Shown one piece after another: positions 17,315 through 25,820 of a DNA stretch of 32,000 nt. Within the stretch, counting starts at the first letter, position 1; every line of letters begins with the position of its first letter. Source of the stretch: Candidatus Heimdallarchaeota archaeon (GTDB lineage Archaea > Asgardarchaeota > Heimdallarchaeia > Hodarchaeales > Hodarchaeaceae); NCBI GenBank assembly GCA_048881705.1, contig JBHLSH010000027.1:9563-41562 (forward strand), given 5' to 3'. The position numbers and the translations under genes were made by a program. The notes beneath the pieces are model-generated. The model did not search any database. It was not told where the DNA came from and worked only from the letters and a program-made list of their open reading frames with translations.

Positions 17315-17884
17315 TTATTGGATTTCGATTTTAGTAACTTTCTTTTTTGTTTTCTCCAATATTTCATCGCAAACTGATATCGCAATCTCGTGTTCCTTTT
17401 TGATGCTCTTTACCTCTTTCAAGACCTTTTTTTGTTCAGAATGGGACAAGGCTTTTTCATCAAGGAGCTTTTGAAGTGTATTCAGGCGGGGAAAACTTGA
17501 ACAACGTAATCGGTACTGGGAAGTCGACTCCCCCTTTGTACGACGAATGAAAGCTGCCACATCAGGTGCAACGCTATAGTACAGTCTAGGTCGTCCTCTA
17601 CGAGATGGTCTATCTCGTCTCTCTTCACCTTTTATTAAATTATGTTTTTTAAGAACCTCTAAATGTCTGATGATCGATTGTGGGTGGTCATCCAGTCTTC
17701 TAACCAGCTCGTTGACAAACCCCTCTCCTGCTGCAAGCTCAGCTAGCATTCGGCGTCTGGTTCCATTTGCCAATAGGTGGAGAATTTCGTCAATTTCTTC
17801 TACATCTAGAAATCCTCGGTTTTCGATCTTAAAGGATAATATTTTCAGTATTAATTCTATTTCACTTAACGTGTCATCAACCAT
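17315..17884 (-). CDS. ArsR/Phr-like winged-helix transcription regulator with C-terminal coiled coil
   Basis: RRRMLAELAAGEGFVNELVRRLDDHPQSIIRHLEVLKKHNLIKGEERRD...RPRLYYSV is an ArsR-type HTH plus wing. The C-terminal K/E-rich helix is a probable dimerisation element. Confidence 0.7.
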   Translation of the reverse strand: MVDDTLSEIELILKILSFKIENRGFLDVEEIDEILHLLANGTRRRMLAELAAGEGFVNELVRRLDDHPQSIIRHLEVLKKHNLIKGEERRDRPSRRGRPRLYYSVAPDVAAFIRRTKGESTSQYRLRCSSFPRLNTLQKLLDEKALSHSEQKKVLKEVKSIKKEHEIAISVCDEILEKTKKKVTKIEIQ

Positions 17885-17895
17885 ATTATGACCTC

Positions 17896-18684
17896 CTACA
17901 CAAAAAACTGGGAATCCGGGTCGCTTGGTTTGTTTTGATCCATTTTGCCTTCTAATGTGCTTGCATAATGGGCTTTGAATTCTTGGGCTTTCTCTTCCAA
18001 TCTACTAAAATTCCCAGTAAATCCCCATTGCTCCGATAAGTGTAATAATAGCGCGTACGACGAAATCGGGTCATACTCTGGGAAAGTATCTACCACAAAC
18101 ACTTCTACTGGGATATTATTTCCCCAATAAGTTAGGAAAGAGCATGCGATCTGTCCACAGAGAGTAAACGAATCACCCGCGGTAGTCATCTCACTTGTTA
18201 CCTCTAAACGCTGTTCATTTGAAGCAATTTTATGTACACGAGGTTTTTTATCGATGGAACGATTACTGTTGTATACCCCATCCACCAACAGAATCTTTGT
18301 GACTTTATGTTGCTGGTAAAAACGAAAGAGCTCCTCTGCTATTTGATATCCAATTGCATCGGGAATGGCAAAATTGGTTGTAGCAAGGAAATAGGGGCGA
18401 TCTCGAATTTCCAAATATTGAATTGTGATTGGAAGTAGTATGTCATTTGAGGACAATTGTACCATTTCGGTCATGTGGTTCGTAAAGAATCCTGCCAATT
18501 TGTTCATTTGTGAGGTCGTGCGTCGAATTTCATGAGCCACCAAATGGCCAACTGAACCATAATACCCCAAAATTTCGATTGCCACGGCACCGACTGGCGG
18601 GACAAATTCGTTTCGAATGAGAAACCTTAGATTTTCCTCTTCTTCCATTTCTTCCAAGAGAGTTTCCACATTCGGTACTTCCAT
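17896..18684 (-). CDS. Hypothetical protein, tentatively PAC2/PbaA-family (proteasome assembly chaperone-like)
   Basis: The ORF is solid, sitting 14 nt after the cdc48 stop and 11 nt before the next gene. The family call rests only on size (262 aa) and an N-terminal pattern, VAIEILGYYGSVGHLVAHEI, resembling the PAC2 G.PG.G.VG..A motif. The C-terminus ends ...DSQFFV. Confidence 0.4.
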   Translation of the reverse strand: MEVPNVETLLEEMEEEENLRFLIRNEFVPPVGAVAIEILGYYGSVGHLVAHEIRRTTSQMNKLAGFFTNHMTEMVQLSSNDILLPITIQYLEIRDRPYFLATTNFAIPDAIGYQIAEELFRFYQQHKVTKILLVDGVYNSNRSIDKKPRVHKIASNEQRLEVTSEMTTAGDSFTLCGQIACSFLTYWGNNIPVEVFVVDTFPEYDPISSYALLLHLSEQWGFTGNFSRLEEKAQEFKAHYASTLEGKMDQNKPSDPDSQFFV

Positions 18685-18698
18685 ATTATATGCACAGT

Positions 18699-20894
18699 CT
18701 AATGGTTTTCATGAGGAGGTCGAATGAAATCAAGCGCTTGAACAACATCAGCAGGCTCTATCTCCAGTTTATACTTTTCAATCAATTTGGATATCGCGTC
18801 TGGTTGAACCCCATCAAGCATCTCCTTTCGATCTTGAAGAAATCGGTTAATAGAGACGAAAGTTGCACGACTTATCAGTCCTTTCAAATCTGCGCCGCTG
18901 AAACCTTCAGTTTTTTTTGCTAAGTCTTTCAATAACACTTGTTTTGATAATGGTTTATTTCGAGTCAGTACACGTAGAATATTCTCTCTCGCGGTTGTAT
19001 CGGGCAGAGGGAGCTCAATTATTCGTTCAAACCTTCCGGGCCTTAAAAGTGCTGGATCAAGCACGGAAGGACGGTTAGTTGCTGCAATAACAATAACATC
19101 CCGTAACTCTTCCAAGCCACTCATTTCCGTCAACAAAGTGGTTACGATACGATCTGAAGCACCCCCATTCAAGCCAGATCCAGAACGAGATGGAGTTAGG
19201 GCATCGATTTCATCAAAGAAAATGATGCAGGGAGCACCCAGACGGGCTTTTCGAAAGGTCTCTTGAATAATTTTTTCGCTCTCCCCCAACCACTTAGAGT
19301 GGACTTCTGATCCCTTTACATAGATGAAATTCCGCGAAACCTCATTTGCGATGGCACGGACAAGTAGGGTTTTCCCAGTTCCAGGTTTTCCAATCAGAAG
19401 GATCCCTCGCGGCGCTTCTGCATCCATATAGTTGAACAGATCAGGATATTTTGCTGGCCATTCGATAATCTCCTTGAGCTCATGCTTAACATCGTCTAAT
19501 CCTCCTACATCTTCCCATGTAACAGTAGGGATTTCGAGGAAAACTTCCCGGAGAGCACTGGGTTTAACCTCCGCTAAGGCATTATTGAAATCCTCTTGTA
19601 AAACAGTTATTTGTTCAATTATTTCAGCAGGAACATCTTCATCCCAAGTTATCTGGGGAAATACTCTCCGAATCGAACGCATAGCAGCTTCCTTGGTTAA
19701 GGAAGCCAAATCGGCACCGACAAATCCATGGGTACGATCAGCCAGTAATTCTAAATCCACTTCATCTGCTAATGGCATTGCTCTAGTATGAATCCCCAGA
19801 ATAACTAAACGACCATCTTTATTGGGTACTCCAATCTCGATTTCACGGTCAAAACGTCCCGGCCGACGAAGCGCGGGATCAATTGCATTGGGCCTATTCG
19901 TTGCTCCAATTACAACTAATTCTCCCCGGCCTTCCAAGCCATCCATAAGCGCCAACAATTGGGATACTACTCGACGTTCAAGTTCCCCTGAACTAGAGTC
20001 ATCCCGTTTGGTGGCTATGCTATCAATTTCGTCAATAAACAGGATACTCGGTGCCTTTTGTCTAGCCTCCTCGAATATATCTCTAATCTTCTGTTCACTC
20101 TCTCCATAAAATTTGGACATGATTTCTGGCCCAGAGACCGTTATAAAATATGCATCAGTTTCATTCGCCACAGCCTTGGCTAGAAGTGTCTTGCCAGTTC
20201 CGGGTGGGCCATGGAGGAGGACTCCTTTTGGAGGTTCTATCCCAAGTCTTTCAAATAGTTGGGGATAGCGCATTGGCAATTCAACCATTTCTCTGATCTT
20301 CTTGATTGTTTCCTCCATTCCCCCAATTTCTTCATATGAAACTTTGGGTACAACCTGCATTTTACTTAAAGTTTCAGAAAAGGAATCAGGAGTCTCTTTT
20401 ACTTCAAATACAGTAGTTTTAACGATATATACTGAGTGTTCTCTTTCTGGGACAATCTTAAGAACTTTATAGTCAATATTTTGTCCCATGTAGGGTACCC
20501 GAAGCACGTCATCAATAGAAATCGCACGGTCTTGAAGAGTCTTTTGAAAATATCCAGTTACGTTACTTATTGTGAAATTAGACAATGGAGTTAGGATGAT
20601 TTTCTCTGCTGGACTGAGGGATACCTTACTAACTGTGACAATATCGTCCAGTCGAACCCCTGCATTTGATCGGGTCGCCGCATCAATCGAAATGGTTAAT
20701 CCATATTCATCGGATTTAAATGCATGCCAAATTACCGCGGTCGTTTTCTTTTCCGTAGGTCCCTCGATCTCTATTATATCACCTGCTGATACCCCTAATT
20801 TGTTCATAATACGTTTTGAAATCCGTGCCCGACCCCGATCAACATCTTGGTAGGCGGCTTCCTTGACTTTTAGCCTAACTGAGTTTGAAGCCAA
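18699..20894 (-). CDS. cdc48: CDC48/VCP/VAT-type AAA+ ATPase (N domain plus D1 and D2)
   Basis: N domain MASNSVRLKVKEA...RGRARISKRIMNKLGVSAGDIIEIEG. Two Walker A motifs (GPPGTGKTLLAKAVA and GKPGTGKTLLVRAIA). Two Walker B motifs (ILFIDEIDS, IIFFDEIDA). SRH regions (VIGATNRPNAIDPALRRPGRFDR, VIAATNRPSVLDPALLRPGRFER). TTG start. The C-terminus ...RPPHENH has no HbYX motif. Confidence 0.93.
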   Translation of the reverse strand: MASNSVRLKVKEAAYQDVDRGRARISKRIMNKLGVSAGDIIEIEGPTEKKTTAVIWHAFKSDEYGLTISIDAATRSNAGVRLDDIVTVSKVSLSPAEKIILTPLSNFTISNVTGYFQKTLQDRAISIDDVLRVPYMGQNIDYKVLKIVPEREHSVYIVKTTVFEVKETPDSFSETLSKMQVVPKVSYEEIGGMEETIKKIREMVELPMRYPQLFERLGIEPPKGVLLHGPPGTGKTLLAKAVANETDAYFITVSGPEIMSKFYGESEQKIRDIFEEARQKAPSILFIDEIDSIATKRDDSSSGELERRVVSQLLALMDGLEGRGELVVIGATNRPNAIDPALRRPGRFDREIEIGVPNKDGRLVILGIHTRAMPLADEVDLELLADRTHGFVGADLASLTKEAAMRSIRRVFPQITWDEDVPAEIIEQITVLQEDFNNALAEVKPSALREVFLEIPTVTWEDVGGLDDVKHELKEIIEWPAKYPDLFNYMDAEAPRGILLIGKPGTGKTLLVRAIANEVSRNFIYVKGSEVHSKWLGESEKIIQETFRKARLGAPCIIFFDEIDALTPSRSGSGLNGGASDRIVTTLLTEMSGLEELRDVIVIAATNRPSVLDPALLRPGRFERIIELPLPDTTARENILRVLTRNKPLSKQVLLKDLAKKTEGFSGADLKGLISRATFVSINRFLQDRKEMLDGVQPDAISKLIEKYKLEIEPADVVQALDFIRPPHENH

Positions 20895-20950
20895 AACTAG
20901 TCTACCTTTGATTCAAATGTTTTGTTGAAATTGATGTACCAGGGTGAATT

Positions 20951-21574
20951 TTATCCCACGGGAACTTTGGTACTGTGTTCTTTGTCAGTCGATTTCTTCA
21001 ATTCGACTTCAAGGACACCATTTTTAAATTTTGCAGCGGCTGATTCAGGAACAATGAGGCAAGGGAGATCCAATTCTTTGTAATACTTTCTGCTCATATC
21101 TTCAGAGCTTGCCTGAACTAGGAGACTATTCTCGGTTGCGGATAAATCAATATTCTCTTTTTGCACCCCAGGAATTTCCGCAATCACTCTCACAACATCA
21201 GTATCCTCAATTACATCAACCAAAGGCTCTCGTTCAGCAGAAGGTTGAAATCCTGTTCTTCCTGTCACTTGACGGGGATTATTGCCAAACCGTTCGATAT
21301 GTGGTCGTCCATCGGGACCCGTGGTCATTCGAAAACCCCATACAAAGCCTGGTGGATTATTCTCAGCATCCTGTGGAGTGTTCATACTGAACCTTCTGAA
21401 CAAATCCTCTAGGAAATAATCCATCTTGTTGAAAATATCGTCAAAAGATACGCCACCGAATTGGTCAAAAAAATTCTCGAAAATATCGTCGAACGGGCTT
21501 CTCCCGCGCCTACGTCGGGGATACCGCCCGCGGCGGTCATCTTCATCATTAGGGTCAGTTGTTGGATCAGACAT
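20951..21574 (-). CDS. hsp20: Small heat-shock protein (Hsp20/alpha-crystallin domain) with long charged N-terminal extension
   Basis: PLVDVIEDTDVVRVIAEIPGVQKENIDLSATENSLLV...YYKELDLPCLIVPESAAAKFKNGVLEVELKK is a canonical ACD pattern. Confidence 0.88.
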   Translation of the reverse strand: MSDPTTDPNDEDDRRGRYPRRRRGRSPFDDIFENFFDQFGGVSFDDIFNKMDYFLEDLFRRFSMNTPQDAENNPPGFVWGFRMTTGPDGRPHIERFGNNPRQVTGRTGFQPSAEREPLVDVIEDTDVVRVIAEIPGVQKENIDLSATENSLLVQASSEDMSRKYYKELDLPCLIVPESAAAKFKNGVLEVELKKSTDKEHSTKVPVG

Positions 21575-21622
21575 GTCACAATCTCCATCTTACGTGAATA
21601 ATAAGTCAAATAAGGGCCGCTT

Positions 21623-21641
21623 ACCTATAATTAAAATAGGT
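21623..21641 (-). promoter_or_regulatory. Inverted repeat ACCTAT-AATTAAA-ATAGGT embracing a TATA-like core upstream of hsp20
   Basis: 6-bp arms and a 7-bp AT spacer, 49-67 nt upstream of the hsp20 ATG (21574). The AT core is the best TATA candidate for the hsp20-cdc48 cluster, so the arms could be an operator. Confidence 0.35.
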
Positions 21642-21811
21642 TACCATAAAGTGTGAATAAAAAGAAAAGACATGAATATTCATCGTGAAATGGAGATTTC
21701 GCTCTTTTTATGAGATTATATGCGGAGCATCAGTCTCTAGTATTTATTAACGAATGGTGAATAATAATTTAATCTAAGTCAAGAAATAAATGCCTGAGTA
21801 ATCAGCCTGAT

Positions 21812-22591
21812 ATGGGTGAATTTTTGTCAGAGCGTCCATTGATCGTTTTAATGACCGATTTTGGCAACGATGCTTATACAGGAATCATGAAAGGTCGGAT
21901 TATTCAGATCAATCCAGCGGCCAGAATTGTAGCTCTTACAAACCACATTAAAAAGCACTCGATAAGACAAGGAGCGTTTATTTTACAGAAGTCTTACAGA
22001 TACTTCCCTTATGGATCCATATTCTTGGTTGTGGTAGATCCAGGCGTGGGAAGCATAAGGAAAGCCGTAGTAGCGCAAACCGAGAACTATTTTTTCATTG
22101 CTCCTGATAATGGCATACTCTCACCCGTAATTTCGGAAAGCAGAGCTTTGGATATAATCAAGCTACATATTCCATCTGACGCATCAACGACATTTCACGG
22201 ACGCGATGTATTCGCTCCTGCCGCCGCCAAAGTTAGTCTGAACTATTCCCTTCTAAACCTTGGGCCGAAAACCAAACTGGATAAGAACATCCGCTTTTAC
22301 TGGGATCCTGGATCTTTTACTGGAGAGGTAATTTTCAAGGATGAATTTGGTAACATTATCACAAACATACCTAAGCTCACTAAATTATACAGTACTGAGA
22401 AATTCATTGTCATTACAGAATTGTTTGAAGGTGAAATGCCATTAAAGATCTCTTATTCAGAAGGTTCTACTCATGAACCCTTTCTAATCTTCTCAAGTTT
22501 CGACACATTGGAAATTGCCCTCCGAGAAGGAAGAGCTTGTGATCTTATACCTGTTAGTGCAGGAGATCGCGTGACGATAACCCCTCTCTAA
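21812..22591 (+). CDS. SAM hydrolase / SAM-dependent halogenase family protein (DUF62, S-adenosyl-L-methionine hydroxide adenosyltransferase-like)
   Basis: IVLMTDFGNDAYTGIMKGRI...FLVVVDPGVGS.R...APDNG.LS...FHGRDVFAPAAAK is the conserved DUF62 motif set. Confidence 0.8.
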   Translation: MGEFLSERPLIVLMTDFGNDAYTGIMKGRIIQINPAARIVALTNHIKKHSIRQGAFILQKSYRYFPYGSIFLVVVDPGVGSIRKAVVAQTENYFFIAPDNGILSPVISESRALDIIKLHIPSDASTTFHGRDVFAPAAAKVSLNYSLLNLGPKTKLDKNIRFYWDPGSFTGEVIFKDEFGNIITNIPKLTKLYSTEKFIVITELFEGEMPLKISYSEGSTHEPFLIFSSFDTLEIALREGRACDLIPVSAGDRVTITPL

Positions 22592-22784
22592 TAATCATCA
22601 ACAAAGAACGAAAAAACTGCGCCTCTTGGCGTTTCCAATCTTCTTAGATTGTAAGGAGCATAACCGCTAGTTTTAATTGCTCATGGGAGATCAAATAGAT
22701 AATATCAAATAATCGAAAAGCCACATCTCGCGAAACCCCTACATTTCAGAAACCGACCCCATTAATATCAATGGAAGTGAAAAA

Positions 22785-23540
22785 TTGAGTTTAGTCGAAA
22801 GAATACGTAAGATGGAACTATCACTTGATGAAATAATACCTAAGTTCCAAGGAAGGTTAGAACTAGTTCGTAAGGATCTAAAGGATTTAATAACTGGCAT
22901 AGATGATTTGAAAACGCTTATTGCAGATAATCGTCGAAAATCAAATGATTATACAAGAGAGATTTCTGATCTATCTAATGACCTTCAAGCTTTTAGAAAT
23001 GAAATCACCGAGATCGAGAAAGAGATTTCCCGATCACAAGATATGGCCAATACCGTCAATATGGAGACACAGGAATTAAATAGCGAACTGATGGCGGAGA
23101 GAAACCGGTTAGGAACTCTCGAAGGAGAGAAAAACGCGCTAGAACACAGTTTAAGTGAGCTCGAACGGGAGAAATCTGGATTACAGGAAATTCATGATCA
23201 ATTCAAGCCGAAATTTGAAAAAGAAGTCGGCTTAATCAATGAACGATACGCTTCGCTCAAGAAGAAACATGATTCGCTTGGTTATCGTTTCCAAGCTATG
23301 CGTATCCTCTGTTCTGAGGGTTATCTCGCGACCCCAGAGGTGAATATAGTAAGGTACCTCGCTATGAAGCCGTCTTCGACATCAAGCGTGACTGAAATTA
23401 AATCTACGCTTGGCGTTGATCCAACAGCGTTATCTACGGTTCTTCATGGCCTGGCCACACGGCAGGTACTTAAATTGGACGAGTCCTCAGGTAATGTTAC
23501 AATACTTGCCAAAATTGATCTATTTGACGAGGTGAAATAA
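22785..23540 (+). CDS. Coiled-coil protein with C-terminal winged-helix-like domain (paralog 1), uncharacterised
   Basis: About 170 aa of heptad-rich E/K/L/N/R sequence, then VRYLAMKPSSTSSVTEIKSTLGVDPTALSTVLHGLATRQVLKLDESSGNVTI (helix-turn-helix plus wing pattern). TTG 22785 or ATG 22812. Confidence 0.65.
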   Translation: MSLVERIRKMELSLDEIIPKFQGRLELVRKDLKDLITGIDDLKTLIADNRRKSNDYTREISDLSNDLQAFRNEITEIEKEISRSQDMANTVNMETQELNSELMAERNRLGTLEGEKNALEHSLSELEREKSGLQEIHDQFKPKFEKEVGLINERYASLKKKHDSLGYRFQAMRILCSEGYLATPEVNIVRYLAMKPSSTSSVTEIKSTLGVDPTALSTVLHGLATRQVLKLDESSGNVTILAKIDLFDEVK

Positions 23541-23542
23541 TA

Positions 23543-24277
23543 ATGGATACCGATACACTACGCGAGAAGTTCATTCGATCCGAGGAAGCGCTCAACAAAC
23601 TCGCAGATGACATCAAACAGCTGGTTTCCAGTCAGAGTCAAGAACTACGAGATTCTCGTGATTACCTTGAAACCTTGATAGGAGAAAAAGAAGCTGTTGA
23701 CTCGCAAATCAAAGAACAGGAAGCTAAAATTGCATCATATCAAGAAGATATCTCCAAACAAGGTAATTTAAAAGAAGCTTTAGTTAATAAACGATCTATG
23801 GTTTCAGAGGATAGCCAAAATAAGAAGATTAGGCTAGAGGAACTTCATCATGAATTAACCACAGTAAAAGATTCTGTTACTTCCACCAATCGTGTAATAG
23901 AACAATTAAGGATGGAAATTACACAGAAACGTGAGCATATTGGAGAGTTAATCCAGGCAAACCAAGAATTAGAAGAAAAATTAAAAATTGAGATGGATGT
24001 AAAGGTGACCGAGACGGGAAATCTAGAACAAGCTGTAGCTAATATGGAATCAGAAAATGCTGTAATCTCATATCTTCTTGAAGAGTCGGCGGAGGATATT
24101 CCTGAAGTGGATATTTTAGCCTCAGTAATGCAATTAGGTGAGGCCAGTAGAGATCAATTGAAACAATCCCTCGAAGGAATTGTGTCACCGGTCATGCTTA
24201 CACGAACGCTCGGACGGATGGCTGAAAAAGGAATCCTTAACTTCGATGAGTCTCGTGATATTATTAGATATCAGTGA
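23543..24277 (+). CDS. Coiled-coil protein with C-terminal winged-helix-like domain (paralog 2), uncharacterised
   Basis: Same architecture as the upstream gene, with C-terminus ILASVMQLGEASRDQLKQSLEGIVSPVMLTRTLGRMAEKGILNFDESRDIIRY. The ATG is 2 nt after the upstream stop (TAATAATG). Confidence 0.65.
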   Translation: MDTDTLREKFIRSEEALNKLADDIKQLVSSQSQELRDSRDYLETLIGEKEAVDSQIKEQEAKIASYQEDISKQGNLKEALVNKRSMVSEDSQNKKIRLEELHHELTTVKDSVTSTNRVIEQLRMEITQKREHIGELIQANQELEEKLKIEMDVKVTETGNLEQAVANMESENAVISYLLEESAEDIPEVDILASVMQLGEASRDQLKQSLEGIVSPVMLTRTLGRMAEKGILNFDESRDIIRYQ

Positions 24278-25349
24278 GGCGGAGATTATCACGATTTCCG
24301 AACTGAGTAATAAACCCGAAAATTTGCATGAAGATTGGGTTTTCCATCGAACTCTTTCATCAGGAAAAACCCAGTGTCTGGTATGTGCCCGCCATTGTCA
24401 CTTGATTTCGGGAGAGACTGGATGGTGTGGTGCACGGATGTGTCAGGAAGGGAAAGTTGTCCCTAGAACGTATGGTTTGGTCTCTTCCGTTGCTGTTGAC
24501 CCGATTGAGAAAAAACCCCTTTACCACTTTTTACCTGGAACGGGTATTCTTAGTATTGGTGCTACTGGGTGTAATATGGGATGCCTTCATTGTCAAAACC
24601 ATTCTATATCCCAGAGTCGCTCTATCGCTCATCTCCGAAGGGTATCTCCTCGTGAACTCGTAAATCACGCATTGGAAAGGAATTTGCCCTCAATCGCTAG
24701 TACATATAATGAACCCATGATTGCGTTTGAATATGTTAGGGATATTGGGAGGATTGCCCATCAGGACGGATTGAAAATGGTGGTTGTCGATAATGGCTAC
24801 ATTAACAGGGGGTTGGCAGAAAGACTCACAGCTTATCTAGATGGGGCTAATATTGACGTTAAAGGGTTTTCTGACGAATTCTACTGGGAAATCTGTGATG
24901 TGAAGGCATGGAAGCTCGTTTTGAAGACCTGTGAGACTTTTTTCAACCGGGGCGTGCATTTAGAGATAACTAACCTCATTATCCCCACTAAGAATGATGA
25001 TATGGAGATGATCAGGGGTATGTGTGAATGGATCGTGACCAAACTCAGCCCAAATGTACCCCTTCACTTCTCAGCGTTTCACCCAGATTATAGATTGAGG
25101 GATCTACCCTTTACTCCCATGAAAACATTGGAAGATGCCTTAACGGTTGCCAAGGACGTAGGGCTTAATTATGTATATCTTGGGAATGTTAGAGGTCGTA
25201 AAGGTAACGACACTTACTGCCATAACTGTCACAGCCATTTAATCTCTCGTACCGGGTATTATACGAGGATACTTGGAATTACTGAAGGTAGGTGTGCTAA
25301 ATGCAACACGAAAATCCCAGGAATCTTCTCTAATTCAGATCCGGCTTAA
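24246..25349 (+). CDS. AmmeMemoRadiSam-system-type radical SAM enzyme (PflA-related)
   Basis: CLVCARHCHLISGETGWCGAR...YGLVSSVAVDPIEKKPLYHFLPGTGILSIGATGCNMGCLHCQNHSISQS carries the N-terminal Cys cluster plus the CxxxCxxC radical SAM motif typical of this family. A C-terminal CHNCHS...CAKC zinc ribbon is present. The start is uncertain: ATG 24246 overlaps the previous gene by 32 nt, and the track gives 24180. Confidence 0.8.
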   Translation: MSLVILLDISEAEIITISELSNKPENLHEDWVFHRTLSSGKTQCLVCARHCHLISGETGWCGARMCQEGKVVPRTYGLVSSVAVDPIEKKPLYHFLPGTGILSIGATGCNMGCLHCQNHSISQSRSIAHLRRVSPRELVNHALERNLPSIASTYNEPMIAFEYVRDIGRIAHQDGLKMVVVDNGYINRGLAERLTAYLDGANIDVKGFSDEFYWEICDVKAWKLVLKTCETFFNRGVHLEITNLIIPTKNDDMEMIRGMCEWIVTKLSPNVPLHFSAFHPDYRLRDLPFTPMKTLEDALTVAKDVGLNYVYLGNVRGRKGNDTYCHNCHSHLISRTGYYTRILGITEGRCAKCNTKIPGIFSNSDPA

Positions 25350-25771
25350 ATAACTCTAATAGGGAGTTCTATTACCTTTCCCATACGTAGTGCGAATGCT
25401 TTGAGTTCTGGATCGGGTCCGTCTCCTCCGATTAACCAAGTGTAGGGATAAGGCCAATATTTCATGTAATGTATATCCTGCTGAGAAGGGGCGAGCTGGG
25501 CATTCTCGGGATGACTATGAAATATTCCTACCAACTCCCTTCCCTCTTTCTCGTATTTTATAATATGCTGATAGAATATTTCATAATCGATACTGAAACG
25601 AGTAGGTGATTCATCTATATTGAGCATTGGCTGGAAATCTGTTACATTAACATGATTTTGGGGTTCCCATAATCCAAAGACGAGTCCTACAACTTCAATA
25701 GGTTGATTTTCTTTTAGTAATGATATAATTTCTTGATAACAAGAACTAAAAATTGATATAGAAGGTGACAC
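25346..25771 (-). CDS. JAMM/MPN+ metalloprotease (Rpn11/JAB1-like isopeptidase)
   Basis: EVVGLVFG (catalytic Glu region) and the JAMM motif FHSHPENAQLAPSQQD (H-x-H-x7-S-x2-D). The GTG start is preceded by a strong SD (AAGGAGGTGGTTAT-GTG). The stop codon shares the tetranucleotide TTAA (25346-25349) with the convergent radical SAM gene. Confidence 0.85.
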   Translation of the reverse strand: MSPSISIFSSCYQEIISLLKENQPIEVVGLVFGLWEPQNHVNVTDFQPMLNIDESPTRFSIDYEIFYQHIIKYEKEGRELVGIFHSHPENAQLAPSQQDIHYMKYWPYPYTWLIGGDGPDPELKAFALRMGKVIELPIRVI

Positions 25772-25820
25772 ATAACCACCTCCTTTATTTTGTCATATGA
25801 AGAGCCTAGGAACGTGTTTT

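Noticed and set aside
19432-20853. Three antisense ORFs inside cdc48 (19432-19791, 19822-20109, 20572-20853)
   Set aside because: Ser/Arg/Ile-rich translations typical of the antisense frame of a strongly conserved gene, and fully embedded in the cdc48 CDS.
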